The notes under the pieces: model-generated
What the model was told of the DNA's origin: nothing
What the model saw: the letters and a program-made list of their open reading frames with translations, nothing else
Databases searched by the model: none
IMG/VR virus record: IMGVR_UViG_3300023178_000017
Coordinates: 32,001-96,000 of that record
Reading direction: 5' to 3' (one strand)
Source of the DNA: a virus
Length of the DNA stretch: 64,000 bases
In this document: positions 18,586 through 30,441 of the stretch, in pieces
How the letters are laid out: each line of letters begins with the position of its first letter
Position numbering within the stretch: the first letter of the stretch is position 1
Program-made: the position numbers and the translations under genes

Positions 18586-18921
18586 TTAACTCCTAGTTAC
18601 ACCTGGCGTTATAATAGCTTGTCCTTCGACAACTCTACTAGTTTGACCACCAGAACTTGTTATGTTTAAGTCATACAGATATCTGCCTGGATTTAGAGCA
18701 GTTGTTTGTGTATCTGTTAAAGACAAAGTGACCTGACCTGAAGCCTCTGAAATAGATGTAGAAAATGTTGCACTTACTGAAGAAGACGTATATGTTTTTC
18801 TCATTTGTGCAGCTGCTGAATAACCTGATAGGTCTAAAACTGAACCATCAGAGTTTGTTACATCTACTGTAATGCTGAAGTCTGAACCTTGATCTATGTA
18901 AAGATTTGCTATAATTGCCAT
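18586..18921 (-). CDS. Virion structural protein, BppU-N-like adaptor
   Basis: NLYIDQGSDF...DLSGYSAAAQMRK...LSLT..QT..L.PGRYLYD...RVVEG...TPGVT. Confidence 0.7.
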   Translation of the reverse strand: MAIIANLYIDQGSDFSITVDVTNSDGSVLDLSGYSAAAQMRKTYTSSSVSATFSTSISEASGQVTLSLTDTQTTALNPGRYLYDLNITSSGGQTSRVVEGQAIITPGVTRS

Positions 18922-18926
18922 ATTAC

Positions 18927-18934
18927 TATTTATA
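18927..18934 (-). promoter_or_regulatory. T4-type late promoter TATAAATA
   Basis: Exact consensus 5 nt before the ATG at 18921. Confidence 0.7.
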
Positions 18935-18938
18935 CGGA

Positions 18939-19868
18939 CTAATTATTTAATTGGGAATATGGGACTTTTGTATGTATTTTTTCTACTGTAGTTGGATCAG
19001 TTTTTACGTATGCTTCTTCTAATTGTTTTACAGTACCGTCTGCATCTTTAACATAAACTTGTTTAACTTCTGCTACAGGACCTATAGGTCTTCTGCTAGA
19101 ATATGTTATCTGATATGTAAATGGTGATCTATGTTGATATGTAGTTTGTACAACAATGTTACCACTTCTTGTATTCTGAGCATTTGCAATATATGGTGAA
19201 GGTTGAGAAGCAGAAACCCTATATGTATCTGGCGATCTATGTTGATACGTAAATGGTATTCTATGTTGATAGAACGATGGTGATCTATGTTGATACGTAA
19301 ATGGTGTTCTACCTGTTGTAGGATATGTTATAGGTTGCCTATGTTGATATGTTGTTGGTGTTCGCCCTGTTGCCTGATATGTTGAAGGCTGTCTTGCATC
19401 TCTAATAAATGGATTCTGTCTATCAACAGGATGTCTGTAAGTTGTAGGTGAAGGTTTATTTCTTATAAACGGATTCTGTTTATTTACAGGATGTCTGTAA
19501 TTAGCTGATATACGATAGCTACCAATTATCGGATTCTGTCTGTTAACAGGATGTTGATAAGCTGCTGGTTGACGTTGATTTGCAACATAAGGTGATGGTC
19601 TATTTCTAATAAACGGATTCTGTTGTTGTGCAATGTATGGTGATTGAAATGGACTTCTTGCGATAGCAGCTGTCTGTGCGTTTGCTATGTAAGGAATAGG
19701 CACTCTAGTATTAGCAACTGTCTGAGCGTTTGCTGATGCACGGGCATTAGCAATGTACGGCACAGGCGTAGTACCGTTAGTAGAATTTTGTCTATTAGCA
19801 ATATAAGGATACGGCTGTTGTCCTGGCGTTGCGTTTGAATTGCTATATGTTACTTGTACGGTTGGCAT
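18939..19868 (-). CDS. Pro-punctuated repeat protein D (putative antiparallel partner of 19870-21534)
   Basis: Residues 19-260 use the same unit vocabulary as proteins A/B; C-terminal VYVKD...AYVKT motifs. Confidence 0.85.
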   Translation of the reverse strand: MPTVQVTYSNSNATPGQQPYPYIANRQNSTNGTTPVPYIANARASANAQTVANTRVPIPYIANAQTAAIARSPFQSPYIAQQQNPFIRNRPSPYVANQRQPAAYQHPVNRQNPIIGSYRISANYRHPVNKQNPFIRNKPSPTTYRHPVDRQNPFIRDARQPSTYQATGRTPTTYQHRQPITYPTTGRTPFTYQHRSPSFYQHRIPFTYQHRSPDTYRVSASQPSPYIANAQNTRSGNIVVQTTYQHRSPFTYQITYSSRRPIGPVAEVKQVYVKDADGTVKQLEEAYVKTDPTTVEKIHTKVPYSQLNN

Positions 19869-19869
19869 T

Positions 19870-21534
19870 TTATACTATTATTGGCCCCCCACTACCTGCA
19901 TTATATGCTGCTCTTAAACTTATGGGGCTTGATGACCAAGAACCGTTGAAGTATGAAGCTATATGAAAATATGTATAATAAGTGTCTGTGCCTTTTGTTG
20001 CTTTTATTCCAAAATAAACATCATTTGATGTTAATTGTACTGGATTACCTGTGCTGTCGTATACACCCCACTTAAAAAATCTAGCAGTGCGAGTACCATT
20101 AAATCCACCCCTTGAAGTTGAACCAGACCAGAAATTATAATATTGGCCTCTGGTTTTTCCACAAACATGTGGATAAAATCCATAACTGTTTCCACCTCCT
20201 CCGTAACAATTTGTTTGAGCTTGAGTACCTGATACCGATTCACCACTTGCATAATATGCTACATCAAAATTCCAAGTATCGTCAATTATACCATTAGCAT
20301 TCAAATCGGTAATAGGCATATAAAATCTATAATAAAAACTCCAACCACTATTACTAAAAGAGTTATAATGACCATACGATATTCTAAAAGCCCCTAAAGG
20401 ATTTGTCTGAACAGTATTATTGTTAGCTGCAAAATCAAATTGCATATAACAACCACATTCGGTATGATTAAAACCAGGATTACCAGTTGCTAATTGAAGA
20501 GTATTCCAACTTGGTACACTAAACATAGAAGCAGTTCCTGAAGGTGGGTCAGAATTTATATAATTCGTACTACCACCAAAAGGATATACATCCCAAACAG
20601 GATTACTTATACCTGAGCCCCAAGGTTGAGGGTTCGGTTGATTAGCTAAAGTTGCACTTGTTGCTGTTGAACTTCCAGACAGTGCTGATTCGCCTACAAT
20701 ACCTTCATATGATGTTGGTACCTGAGCAGTCGATGGTGACTGATATATGTAAGGCGTTTGGCCTTGTGCTGAATAAGTCGAAGGCGATTGATAAATGTAA
20801 GGCGATGGTCTTTGCGCCTGATACGTAAACGGATTTTGATAAATCGATGGCACCCTATATGTTTGAGGACTTCTTTGTTGTGCTTGATAAGTTGAAGGCA
20901 CTCTATAAGGTACAGGTTGTTGATTTGACTCCTGTGCGTTTATATTTGCTGGTGACTGGTGTTGATACGTAGTAGGTTGTTGTGCCTGATATGTTACAGG
21001 ATTTCTGTAACTTCTTGGGTCACGATATGTACTAGGTGATCTATAAGCATAACTTACAGGATTTCTGTAACTTCTTGGGTCACGATATGTACTAGGTGAT
21101 TGATGTTGATACGCAACTATAACCTGTGCATTTCTTGGGTCTCTATAAGTTGAAGGACTTTGATGTTGATACGTAAACGGTGTTTGTGCGTTTGCAGGAT
21201 ACGGATACGGATTCTGTCTATTAGCAATATAAGGTGATTGTGCATCGGCCTGATAAGTATACGTTTGTTGTGCGTTTCTTATAAAAGGATTTTGTCTCGA
21301 TCTTATGTTAGGTTGCTGTGCGTTTCTTATAAAAGGATTTTGCCTATTAACAGGATTTCGATAAATTATTGGTTGTTGATTCTGATAAGTCGAAGGAGAC
21401 TGAAACGTATAAGGAACAATCGATGGTTGTTGTCTTATATTTGGTTCTTGAATGTTAGCAGGTTGCCTTGCTATGTAAGGTTGCTGAAAACTACCGCCAT
21501 TTAAATTGTGTTTAATGTAAATTTTATCTGCCAT
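19870..21534 (-). CDS. Pro-punctuated repeat protein C with C-terminal globular (putative receptor-binding) domain
   Basis: N-terminal KIYIKH; residues 19-260 repeats; about 280 aa aromatic/Gly/Asn-rich non-repetitive C-terminus. Confidence 0.85.
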   Translation of the reverse strand: MADKIYIKHNLNGGSFQQPYIARQPANIQEPNIRQQPSIVPYTFQSPSTYQNQQPIIYRNPVNRQNPFIRNAQQPNIRSRQNPFIRNAQQTYTYQADAQSPYIANRQNPYPYPANAQTPFTYQHQSPSTYRDPRNAQVIVAYQHQSPSTYRDPRSYRNPVSYAYRSPSTYRDPRSYRNPVTYQAQQPTTYQHQSPANINAQESNQQPVPYRVPSTYQAQQRSPQTYRVPSIYQNPFTYQAQRPSPYIYQSPSTYSAQGQTPYIYQSPSTAQVPTSYEGIVGESALSGSSTATSATLANQPNPQPWGSGISNPVWDVYPFGGSTNYINSDPPSGTASMFSVPSWNTLQLATGNPGFNHTECGCYMQFDFAANNNTVQTNPLGAFRISYGHYNSFSNSGWSFYYRFYMPITDLNANGIIDDTWNFDVAYYASGESVSGTQAQTNCYGGGGNSYGFYPHVCGKTRGQYYNFWSGSTSRGGFNGTRTARFFKWGVYDSTGNPVQLTSNDVYFGIKATKGTDTYYTYFHIASYFNGSWSSSPISLRAAYNAGSGGPIIV

Positions 21535-21535
21535 A

Positions 21536-23443
21536 TCATATCACAAACCATAAATGTCCAACTTCTTTACCTGTACCACTTGGTGTACCAGATAGTGAAG
21601 AAGCACTAACAACTTCATAATCTAACTCAACATCATCGCCGTCTAATTTAACACCGTTTGATGTGTTCACTGATAAAGTAGCAACACCATCTAATGAATC
21701 ACCTGAAGAACCTGCGTTATAAGATTTCGCAAGACCTGAACCAGCAGATATGACACTATTTACTCTATCATCTGTAAAGTATTTATTAGTTTGTTCTGAT
21801 ATAGAATCGGTACCTGTTGAGTTATCTGCAACTTGTAAATCACCATTAGAATCAAATACTAGTATTTGACCAGCAGATGCACTAGATGTACTACCTACAT
21901 CTGTTAAATCAGATATAGCAGAGTTCATTGTTGTGTTTATTGATACATTGCCTTTAGCAGTCTGTGTGACTGAACCTGTAACTGCACCAGTCAATGAAAA
22001 GTCTGAATTATCTAAAACTAAATCTAAAGTATTATCTGAGTCATCATAGGTAACTGAAAGACCTGATTCAGTGTTTGAACTAATCATTGTACCGACTGTG
22101 TCAGCAATTCTTTCTACAATGTCATCAACTACAAAACTAGAACCGTTGTACTTAAGAACACTATTAGTATTTGCGCCACTTGTATTTACATCTGAAAGAT
22201 CATCGATACTAGCAGCTGCGATTCTAGCGTCTGCTCTACCGTCTGTATAATAAAGATTAGAACTTCCTTCTGTTAAATCATCAGTGTCATGGTTTGATAA
22301 ACTTGAAACTGTACCTGTAAGATGTCCTGTTGATACATTTAAAACTGTTGTTGAACCGTCTGCTGTAATTGTAGATAATCTTGCAGTAGCATCGGTACCA
22401 TTTGTACCGTTATCGATGATTGTTTGACCACCACTTGATAGAACATCACCTTTTAGATTACCATTAAAAGTAGTTGCAGTCATGTCTGTTGCATGAATGT
22501 TCTGCCATTTTAGTATACTACTTCCAAGTTCGTGTGTGTTGTTAGCACTTGGTAAAACATCTGAGTCTATTGAACCTGTGAATGATATTGTATCACTAGA
22601 TGCGTTACCTAAATCGATGTTACAATTCAGTGATGATAATCCATTAACTGTTAAAGCGCCAGTAGTTGTAACTGTTGAGGCATTTAAATCACCGCCTGTA
22701 AGTGTTGCAGTTCCATCACTCAATGTACCCACGTTGACTGTTGCGCTAAAGTTTGCATTTACACCACCAGTAATACTACCTGAGTTGATACTCATGGTGC
22801 TATCAGTAATTGTAGGCGCAGTCATTACACCGCCTGTTGTGATTGTTATATCATCTTCTGCAAATGTTTTACCTGCAAGTTGAATGTTGAAACCAGTCTC
22901 TAATTCTGTTGTGTTATTTGTGTTTGAAGCATTAAGAATAACACCATTTGAGTTGTTGTTAAAGATTGAGTTTGTATCTGATAACTGCCAGTATGAAGCA
23001 CCTGTACTTGCTAATGCAGTACCTAAGTATGAACCTGTGTAAGAATATAGAACGAATCTATCGCCATTTGATAAACCAGAACCGTATGTAGCACCTTGTA
23101 AGTTAATTCTTCCATAACTACCATCTGAATTTTGGCTAGTGATCTGATAGTCTATACCTTCTATTAAGTGAGAACCGTTGACAAAGACCTGAATTCGGTC
23201 TTGTACAAATTTCATCACATTGTTAAACTGATCAGCGCCTTCGAAATGCGTTTCACCACCAGTTGCAATATACACATACTCTTGGAAGTAAAATGCTTTA
23301 TCTTCTACACTATTAACAGCGTCAACTAAAGTTGCTTGAGCAGTAGTTCTAAGACCACTAATATCACCCACGTCATTAGCCAACACATTATATTGTTGTC
23401 TAAAATTTTCTATAGTACTGAAACTGTCTACTGTTTTAGCCAT
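21536..23443 (-). CDS. Tail fibre-like protein
   Basis: LTEGSSNLYYTDGRADAR repeat; N-terminal DVGDISGL.T....LVDAVN; C-terminal PSGTGKEVGHLWFVI similar to the 11862-14159 C-terminus. Confidence 0.72.
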   Translation of the reverse strand: MAKTVDSFSTIENFRQQYNVLANDVGDISGLRTTAQATLVDAVNSVEDKAFYFQEYVYIATGGETHFEGADQFNNVMKFVQDRIQVFVNGSHLIEGIDYQITSQNSDGSYGRINLQGATYGSGLSNGDRFVLYSYTGSYLGTALASTGASYWQLSDTNSIFNNNSNGVILNASNTNNTTELETGFNIQLAGKTFAEDDITITTGGVMTAPTITDSTMSINSGSITGGVNANFSATVNVGTLSDGTATLTGGDLNASTVTTTGALTVNGLSSLNCNIDLGNASSDTISFTGSIDSDVLPSANNTHELGSSILKWQNIHATDMTATTFNGNLKGDVLSSGGQTIIDNGTNGTDATARLSTITADGSTTVLNVSTGHLTGTVSSLSNHDTDDLTEGSSNLYYTDGRADARIAAASIDDLSDVNTSGANTNSVLKYNGSSFVVDDIVERIADTVGTMISSNTESGLSVTYDDSDNTLDLVLDNSDFSLTGAVTGSVTQTAKGNVSINTTMNSAISDLTDVGSTSSASAGQILVFDSNGDLQVADNSTGTDSISEQTNKYFTDDRVNSVISAGSGLAKSYNAGSSGDSLDGVATLSVNTSNGVKLDGDDVELDYEVVSASSLSGTPSGTGKEVGHLWFVI

Positions 23444-23654
23444 TTATTTTCTCTTCTATCTTTCTAAGAAGTTCCTTAACTTCGGTTACTTCTTGTCTTA
23501 AACTATTTATTTCCTTTTTCTGAGAAGCAATGATTTGTCTTCTTCTCATTACCAATTTAAACTGTTCAACATCTGTATTGATAATTGCTTGTGAACTTTC
23601 TTCTCTAATTAGATTTGAATGTCCTTCAACCTTTATCATGCTAATGCTATACAT
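23436..23654 (-). CDS. Small coiled-coil hypothetical protein
   Basis: [18 protein letters not shown]...[16 protein letters not shown]; overlaps both neighbours; true start may be Met6 (23639). Confidence 0.7.
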   Translation of the reverse strand: MYSISMIKVEGHSNLIREESSQAIINTDVEQFKLVMRRRQIIASQKKEINSLRQEVTEVKELLRKIEEKING

Positions 23655-26600
23655 CTAAGACCAGAAATTATTGGTACTTGAGATGTGTTTGTAGCCTGTC
23701 CTACAATCTTAATTATAAAACCTGTAAATTCAGGTAAGTTGTCTGCTGTGTATTCGTATTCTTTAAAGTTTCTAGCGTCTTGATCAATAGCTGTGTCAGG
23801 ACCACCAGTTGAGTTAAAGAATTCAAATCCTAAATCATCTACTGGTGTATCTTCATCGTTTTTGATGAGTTTGTATAAAACTTTAATGTCTGAGTTAGGT
23901 GGTCTAAAGTTATCTGATAAAACTTTCAATGATGTAGCAGGATTCTTTAAACTTACCAATCTTGTTGTGTATACCATTGCGTTGTTATCGCCATCTGGTT
24001 CTGTTGATGGTACGTAAACTTCACCATCTGATAGATCGGCAGCAGAATCAATATCATTAATTCTGTTCATAATACCTAGACAACCAATTGTACCTGTATC
24101 AATGTAAGGTGATACGTTTGGATTTGATGATCTCATTTGTAGTAATAATCTAAATGATCTCTGGTTACCCATTCTCTCTAATTCGTTGAGGGGTGATGCA
24201 ACAACACTTGGTCTACTGAAGTAAACGTTATCGTTTAATTTAATAAAGTCATTTGCAGTTCTTCTTACATATTCAGTATCTAAGTTTGAATCTTCTGGTG
24301 AACCCATACCTGTTCTATTAATACTTGAGAATATTTGAGTATTATTAAATGTTATAGAAGGTATCATTGTATGAATTGCATCATAATAGATGTTTCTTGT
24401 ACTTCTAACTTGACTACCACCGCCATCTACACTTTGAGTTGCAACAAAACTTGTGCCGCCTTCTAAGTCATAAGATGACATTACAGATGTTCTAGGTAGA
24501 ACATTAAATGAGTCTATACTATAATCTTGTAGACTCTCGTGTGTACCGTTAATAGCTGCAACTGGAATACCACCCAATGTGTTTTCAACATTGGTGACAC
24601 TTACTGTAAATGTTTGACTGTCGATTGTGACTGTAATAGTGTCGTTCACTGCGTAGTCACTACCTGGATCAGTAATCTTAATTGAGTTTACTGCATCTAA
24701 ATCTCCAGCGTCTACAACTACTTTGACTTTAAGACCTGTACCTGTACCACCTGTTACAACAGCATCATTACTTCCACCAGTCTCGTATGTCTGTGCTGTT
24801 ACGGCAGCACTAATAGCACTTGGTGTGCCAATCTCTACTACGCCATCTTCTTTATCGCCTTTCACGCCTGCTATTGTTACGTGTGAAGTTGTTTCGTACA
24901 TACCGTGTGAGTAGTTTAATATCTTAACATAACTTTGACCAGCAAATGTTTGAACTGGATTCTCTTGTAGTTTTACATCTCCGATAAAATCGTTTTCAAA
25001 CACAACTTCTGCAACTTTTGAGGTATCGAATTGTGCAATCTTAAGATTGAACTTGAGATCGTCTGTTTGTTCTGCTGTCCATGTTGATGCGTTTTGTGAT
25101 AAGAACAATGAACCAGCATATGGTTGTCCTGAAATTGTTTCACCAGTAATTAAATCGTTTTCGCCCATTCTGGATATGAAACATTCGTATTCGTTTGAGT
25201 TTGATAAAACTACGAAACAGTATTCTTTACCTTTCTCTAGGTATACAGGCGAATCAAATGTAAATGTTGTAGCACTTGAACCGTCTTCTGAAATATTAAC
25301 TTCGTTTGGATTCTTAGATACTGTTGAGAATGGTAATACTAACTGACCTGGATAACCATTCACCATGTTTCTAACTTGTACTGACACTGGTAGTGCATCG
25401 TCTTTAGTTCTAAAGAATAGATCAACTGAAGACAACATCATGCCACCATCCATATCTACTAAGAATGATTCTGCTAATGGATCGACCCACTCTGTCTCAC
25501 GCAATTCTCTCTCATCGAATATTCTAGGAATTCTAGGATCAACGTCCCAAAAATCTCTAGGGTCATCAATAGGCGGTGGTGACGGTATCGGCGTACTTGT
25601 TGGTGTCGGCGTTGGTGTCGGTGTCGGTGTAGGCGACGGTGTAGGCGCAGGAGTTGTTGTCGGCGCTGGCGTCGGCGTAGGTGTCGGTGTAGGACTTGGT
25701 GTAGGCTCTGGAGTCGGTGTTGGACTCGGTATAGGTGCCTCAGTAGGTTCTGGTGTAGGTGTAGGTGCTGGAGTTGCAGGTGGTTCTGGACTTGGCTCAG
25801 GTGGTGTACCTGTACCAGGTGTTACGTTTAATAACTCACCTCTTCTTACTATTTGTCTCTCAGCAGATAGCCTTTCAATAACTACTCTACCATTCCTTGT
25901 TGATACAATTTCAGTTTGTGAAGCTTGTAATAAACCTTGTGCTTGATAGATTGCATTACCTCGTGATGCTGGGTTAGAAAGGTTATTTGAACTTGATGTA
26001 ATAACCATTTCTCTAGCACCAGTTGGGAATCTCTGGAATCTATCGTTAGGTAAACTGAATGTTGCTCTTAATCTACCGTTACCATCTGTTTTTACTATTT
26101 GATCGTATGATGTACCACCATCTTTACTGTACAGTGTACTGAATGGTTTTACATATGAGTTTACATCGATACCATCAAAGAATACGTAATGGTTTGTGTT
26201 TGGTTTTAAGTTAACTGCATCTATTTCAATGTCTCTTGGTCTACAGAATGGTACAATTGTGACACTAACAATTCTATCGTTACGTGTTTCAACTAACTCT
26301 TCTACAACCGATGTTCTAACACCTGTTCTGATCTGAGACTCAGGTGTTTCTGTTACATTTCTTGTAACAGTAGTATTAGGTGTATATTCACCACCTTGTG
26401 AAGGATCACCGTTCCAAGCTGCTGGAACACTTGATAATGTCTCTGTCTCTACAACTGTAGGTTCACCTACCCATGTAGTCTGCCATGCGTTCCAAACAGT
26501 GCCTAATGCGTTTTCGTTCTCTGCTAATATTGCATCGAAGTTGCCTTCTCTGTTAACTCTTACTTCTGGTAATTGTTCTGTGTCTTGCCAGATGTCTGTC

Positions 26601-29600
26601 TCTGGACTTAGTTTAACGTGACCAATAAATGCAAACACAGCGTATGGGTTAACATTTAATGACCTAGATGCCTTATTTTGATTAACAAATGATCTTTCTG
26701 TATATGGTAATGTGATAATATCACCAGACTTCTTATAGTTACGTGACAATGCTGAGTTAGCAATGATATCAAAGAACTGAGTATGGTGTTTAGGTCTTAA
26801 TTGACCTAGTTTTGTATCGATAGCACATTCATAGTCTGGATGTGAAACATCACCAATCTTATGACCTCTAAAGTTATCTACTAAGAAGCCTGATTTATAT
26901 CTGTCAAATCCGTCTGCATCTAAAATTTGTTTTGATTGTGTATCTTTTTCTAATAAAGATAGTGCTGTAATTCTTTCAATGTTTGTAAGTCTTTGGTTTA
27001 TTCTACCAATATCTTTCATCGTATATCTACGATGATCAAATTGTTTTAAATTGATTTCTTTTAAGTTTGATGTGTAAGCAGGTATGAACAATTCGAACAT
27101 TTCAATTGCATCATCTAACTGATTTGGTTTTTGAGGACTAATATCAGGATAACCAATAGAAACTTCAAACTTACCATTTCTAGTTAAGAATACTTTATCA
27201 ATTCTAGGTACATAGAAATCTATATCTGCTGTCACTGAAGATGTAGGCATTGGACATGAAATTGTTCCATTGTCGACATCGTTAAACACCCTTGATGTGT
27301 ATACAAATGGTGCAGCTGTTACTTTTGTATTATCTGATAAGTTTAATGGATCGTTCTGATCATAAGCATTTGTATCATCATCTTGGAAATTAGTGCCAGG
27401 TAAAAAGTCTGTTGATGGTCTAAAGTCTACTGCATCTGATAATTCGAACTTACCGTCTGGTTCAAAACCACCTAAGTCTACTTTATTTGGTGAGTAATTT
27501 GGTATATCTTTGTACTCAACATCAGCACTGTTATAAGAATTTACTGAGTAGTAATCTCCTGTACCACCTCTACTAAACATGTCAAAGATAACAGTCACAG
27601 GATTGTTAGGTGCTGATCTACCTTGTTTTAAAACTAGTTTTGAGAAGTCATAATAACCATCTCTTTGGCCATTGTCTAAGAAATAGTTGTTCTTAATGTT
27701 TGGTGAACCTGCACTTAAGTTTGATAGTACAGCGATACCTGAACTTGTTTGGCCAACAATTGTCTCACCGTCAATGAAAGGTATATCATTTAAGTATACA
27801 AAGTATGATGTGTTTGTATCACCACCCCAATTGATCAATAATGCTCTTGCTGTTGATGATTGACCTACAATCTCTTCTTTTAATGCAAAAGAACCTGAAC
27901 TTATTGTTACAGTTGCGTTTGGTGGTGTTGCCTGACTATTTGAACCTGAAGTTGTGCCTGGAACTGCCTCTAAAACTGCATGTATTTTATAGACATCTGG
28001 TACACATAGATTCAATTCTTTGTGATCGTATGCAAGACCATAGAAAGGTTTATCACTATTAGATGATCTAAATGAAACTGATCTGAATTTTTCTAAAGCT
28101 TTTGACTTTACAGCAGGTGCTGTTCTCTTAACAGTATAAGTTGCTAATATTTGAGCACCTGATCCTGAATCACTGAATGTAACATCTAATGAAGTACCTG
28201 GTGTACCAAAAGTTACATCGTCTGCGACTAACACGTCACCTAATGCTACGACATCACCAGTTCCGTTTAGTGATAATTTAGTAAATTGATATTTGTCATC
28301 ACCAAAGTCTGAGAATGTTTCGTCTGACTCTTTTGTCAAAGTGATTGTACCATTTGACATTGAGAACAGTCCTTGTTTTCTGACTTCTACTGTTCCTGTT
28401 GGTGTTACATCTGAAACGTAATCTCTAGGCCATGCAAATATATTTGATGTCTGATCTTGGTCTGCAAGTTTTGCTCTTTTTCTGATAACTGCTACTTGTG
28501 TTGCCGCTGAAGGTGTCACTGCACCACCAGCTGTTGTAACTACATTTAACGATGTATCGTTAGTAACAACTGAAACTCTATGTTCTGTACCATTAACAAC
28601 GATATGATCACCAACTTTTACTTCTTTAGTAAACTGTGAACCAACACCTTGTAATTCATTTGTTGAGCCATTAAATGTACCTAAACCAGATATTACTGAT
28701 ATATCATCTAATACTACATCGGCACTAAAGTCTAGTCCTACGCTAGCAGGTGAAACTTGACCGACTGAGTGAGATTGACTTACATTAAAGACCTGAACAC
28801 TAGTTGATGCTACTGCTGATGCAGTTCCCTTACCTCTAACTGATACATTATTACCTGATACAAATTGTCCTACTACATCATGTAGATAAATGTTATTACT
28901 ATCGACATATGCAACAATACCTGTTGCGCCTGTAATATCGTCTGTTAGTTTATCACCGTTAGCATATAATGTTGAGGTTGCTGTTGTAACTCCAACTTTA
29001 GTAAACATTTTAATATCAAATAGATATAATTGATATTCATCTGTAGCTGACTCATCAAAATGTCTAACTCTTGCAAAACCAATATTCTCTGCACTACCAC
29101 TTAATGCTGATGCAGAAGATTTAGGTAGACTGTAAAGTTTGATTGGTTCGAAAGCATTTGTTGAAGCTGAATCACCAATTTCTGGCATTCCATAAATGTT
29201 GTTGATTTTTAATTTATTACCTATTCTAACTGGTGTTGATGCGTTAGATAGTTCTGCTGTTGTTCTTGCTTTATTAATTGTTAGGTTTGATGTACCTGCT
29301 TTTTCAATTTCGTATCCTCTAACATAAGCTTTACCAGCAGATATCTGCATGATAAACTTCTCTTCTTGTCCGCCTTCTGCTATTGGATAAAACCCTTTGT
29401 TATCTGAAGTTTTTAAATGTTCTCTGAAATTACTAGTAAATGGTCTTACAACAAAATCGCCATTGGCATCAAAGGTTCTTCGTGCCATAGTATTTTCTAT
29501 TTCAGAATAGATTGGTCTATTGATTGATAGTTCAATGATACCATTGTTAACTCTTGCTAATTCAATGAAGTTAACACTTGTAGTATCTGTTAGTGCTACT

Positions 29601-30403
29601 TTAGATAATGTAAGATCAAATTTTAATCTATCGGCACCAGGCGCATTATCGTTTGATGAGCCTTGTGCATTGTCTAAGAGACTATTATCTTCTGTTGATG
29701 ATATGATAGTTTCATTGATAGAAAGACCAACTCTATATGAAGGATTACCTGCATATTTTTCTAATACGATAAGTTGTTTGTCTACCTTTACAAAGAAACC
29801 TCTTGTAAAAACTACACCTTCTGAAATTTCTGCAATTGAAGCACGACCAGTTGGTGTTGATGATTGTGATAATGTTTTAAAGTAGTTGTTGTTTGTTGCT
29901 ACAGCAGAAGTTGATCCAAAACCGTCAGCTGAGAATTCTACTTCTCTTATTTCTTCTGAACCTTTGAATATAAAAGAACCATCGCTGTCTGTACCTTGTG
30001 ATAATGCTTTTACAAATAGTGTTATAGAATCATCTTCAGTTTCAGCAGTTGATGAAATAACTTTTGCTACTACACCTGTTGTTAAACCTTGAATGAGTTT
30101 GCCGTGAAAACTAGTTCTATAAGATTCTACGTTTAGATCGCCGTTTGCATTTGGATTTGAATTTTGTACTTTGACAAAATAGATGTCCATGTCAATGTTT
30201 GACTGAGCACCTGAAACAATAGAACCTTCTTTAAAGAAATGATCACCAAATTTCTCTACCTGATCTTGTAGAATAGATTGAGTTTGAGTTAACTCTCTCG
30301 CTTGAATTGGTCGACCAGCACGATACAGAACTTTATGAAATTTCTTGTCTGCATCGTAATCATCGTAATATGGTGTAATATTTAGATCCGTTTTCTCTGA
30401 CAT
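23636..30403 (-). CDS. Large virion structural protein (VrlC / DUF4815-like)
   Basis: [35 protein letters not shown]; APGADR; LARRTFD..GDF; [11 protein letters not shown]; DPLAESF. Confidence 0.85.
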   Translation of the reverse strand: MSEKTDLNITPYYDDYDADKKFHKVLYRAGRPIQARELTQTQSILQDQVEKFGDHFFKEGSIVSGAQSNIDMDIYFVKVQNSNPNANGDLNVESYRTSFHGKLIQGLTTGVVAKVISSTAETEDDSITLFVKALSQGTDSDGSFIFKGSEEIREVEFSADGFGSTSAVATNNNYFKTLSQSSTPTGRASIAEISEGVVFTRGFFVKVDKQLIVLEKYAGNPSYRVGLSINETIISSTEDNSLLDNAQGSSNDNAPGADRLKFDLTLSKVALTDTTSVNFIELARVNNGIIELSINRPIYSEIENTMARRTFDANGDFVVRPFTSNFREHLKTSDNKGFYPIAEGGQEEKFIMQISAGKAYVRGYEIEKAGTSNLTINKARTTAELSNASTPVRIGNKLKINNIYGMPEIGDSASTNAFEPIKLYSLPKSSASALSGSAENIGFARVRHFDESATDEYQLYLFDIKMFTKVGVTTATSTLYANGDKLTDDITGATGIVAYVDSNNIYLHDVVGQFVSGNNVSVRGKGTASAVASTSVQVFNVSQSHSVGQVSPASVGLDFSADVVLDDISVISGLGTFNGSTNELQGVGSQFTKEVKVGDHIVVNGTEHRVSVVTNDTSLNVVTTAGGAVTPSAATQVAVIRKRAKLADQDQTSNIFAWPRDYVSDVTPTGTVEVRKQGLFSMSNGTITLTKESDETFSDFGDDKYQFTKLSLNGTGDVVALGDVLVADDVTFGTPGTSLDVTFSDSGSGAQILATYTVKRTAPAVKSKALEKFRSVSFRSSNSDKPFYGLAYDHKELNLCVPDVYKIHAVLEAVPGTTSGSNSQATPPNATVTISSGSFALKEEIVGQSSTARALLINWGGDTNTSYFVYLNDIPFIDGETIVGQTSSGIAVLSNLSAGSPNIKNNYFLDNGQRDGYYDFSKLVLKQGRSAPNNPVTVIFDMFSRGGTGDYYSVNSYNSADVEYKDIPNYSPNKVDLGGFEPDGKFELSDAVDFRPSTDFLPGTNFQDDDTNAYDQNDPLNLSDNTKVTAAPFVYTSRVFNDVDNGTISCPMPTSSVTADIDFYVPRIDKVFLTRNGKFEVSIGYPDISPQKPNQLDDAIEMFELFIPAYTSNLKEINLKQFDHRRYTMKDIGRINQRLTNIERITALSLLEKDTQSKQILDADGFDRYKSGFLVDNFRGHKIGDVSHPDYECAIDTKLGQLRPKHHTQFFDIIANSALSRNYKKSGDIITLPYTERSFVNQNKASRSLNVNPYAVFAFIGHVKLSPETDIWQDTEQLPEVRVNREGNFDAILAENENALGTVWNAWQTTWVGEPTVVETETLSSVPAAWNGDPSQGGEYTPNTTVTRNVTETPESQIRTGVRTSVVEELVETRNDRIVSVTIVPFCRPRDIEIDAVNLKPNTNHYVFFDGIDVNSYVKPFSTLYSKDGGTSYDQIVKTDGNGRLRATFSLPNDRFQRFPTGAREMVITSSSNNLSNPASRGNAIYQAQGLLQASQTEIVSTRNGRVVIERLSAERQIVRRGELLNVTPGTGTPPEPSPEPPATPAPTPTPEPTEAPIPSPTPTPEPTPSPTPTPTPTPAPTTTPAPTPSPTPTPTPTPTPTSTPIPSPPPIDDPRDFWDVDPRIPRIFDERELRETEWVDPLAESFLVDMDGGMMLSSVDLFFRTKDDALPVSVQVRNMVNGYPGQLVLPFSTVSKNPNEVNISEDGSSATTFTFDSPVYLEKGKEYCFVVLSNSNEYECFISRMGENDLITGETISGQPYAGSLFLSQNASTWTAEQTDDLKFNLKIAQFDTSKVAEVVFENDFIGDVKLQENPVQTFAGQSYVKILNYSHGMYETTSHVTIAGVKGDKEDGVVEIGTPSAISAAVTAQTYETGGSNDAVVTGGTGTGLKVKVVVDAGDLDAVNSIKITDPGSDYAVNDTITVTIDSQTFTVSVTNVENTLGGIPVAAINGTHESLQDYSIDSFNVLPRTSVMSSYDLEGGTSFVATQSVDGGGSQVRSTRNIYYDAIHTMIPSITFNNTQIFSSINRTGMGSPEDSNLDTEYVRRTANDFIKLNDNVYFSRPSVVASPLNELERMGNQRSFRLLLQMRSSNPNVSPYIDTGTIGCLGIMNRINDIDSAADLSDGEVYVPSTEPDGDNNAMVYTTRLVSLKNPATSLKVLSDNFRPPNSDIKVLYKLIKNDEDTPVDDLGFEFFNSTGGPDTAIDQDARNFKEYEYTADNLPEFTGFIIKIVGQATNTSQVPIISGLRCIALA
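25570..25812 (-). repeat. Pro-Thr/Ser low-complexity linker (about 80 aa)
   Basis: [33 protein letters not shown]...PIPSPPP. Confidence 0.9.
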
Positions 30404-30441
30404 AGTTTTAAATTTTATTTAATGTTGTTTAAAACAACTAA

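Noticed and set aside
25365-25946. Gly-Val repeat ORF on the plus strand
   Set aside because: Reverse-strand reading of the Pro-Thr linker.
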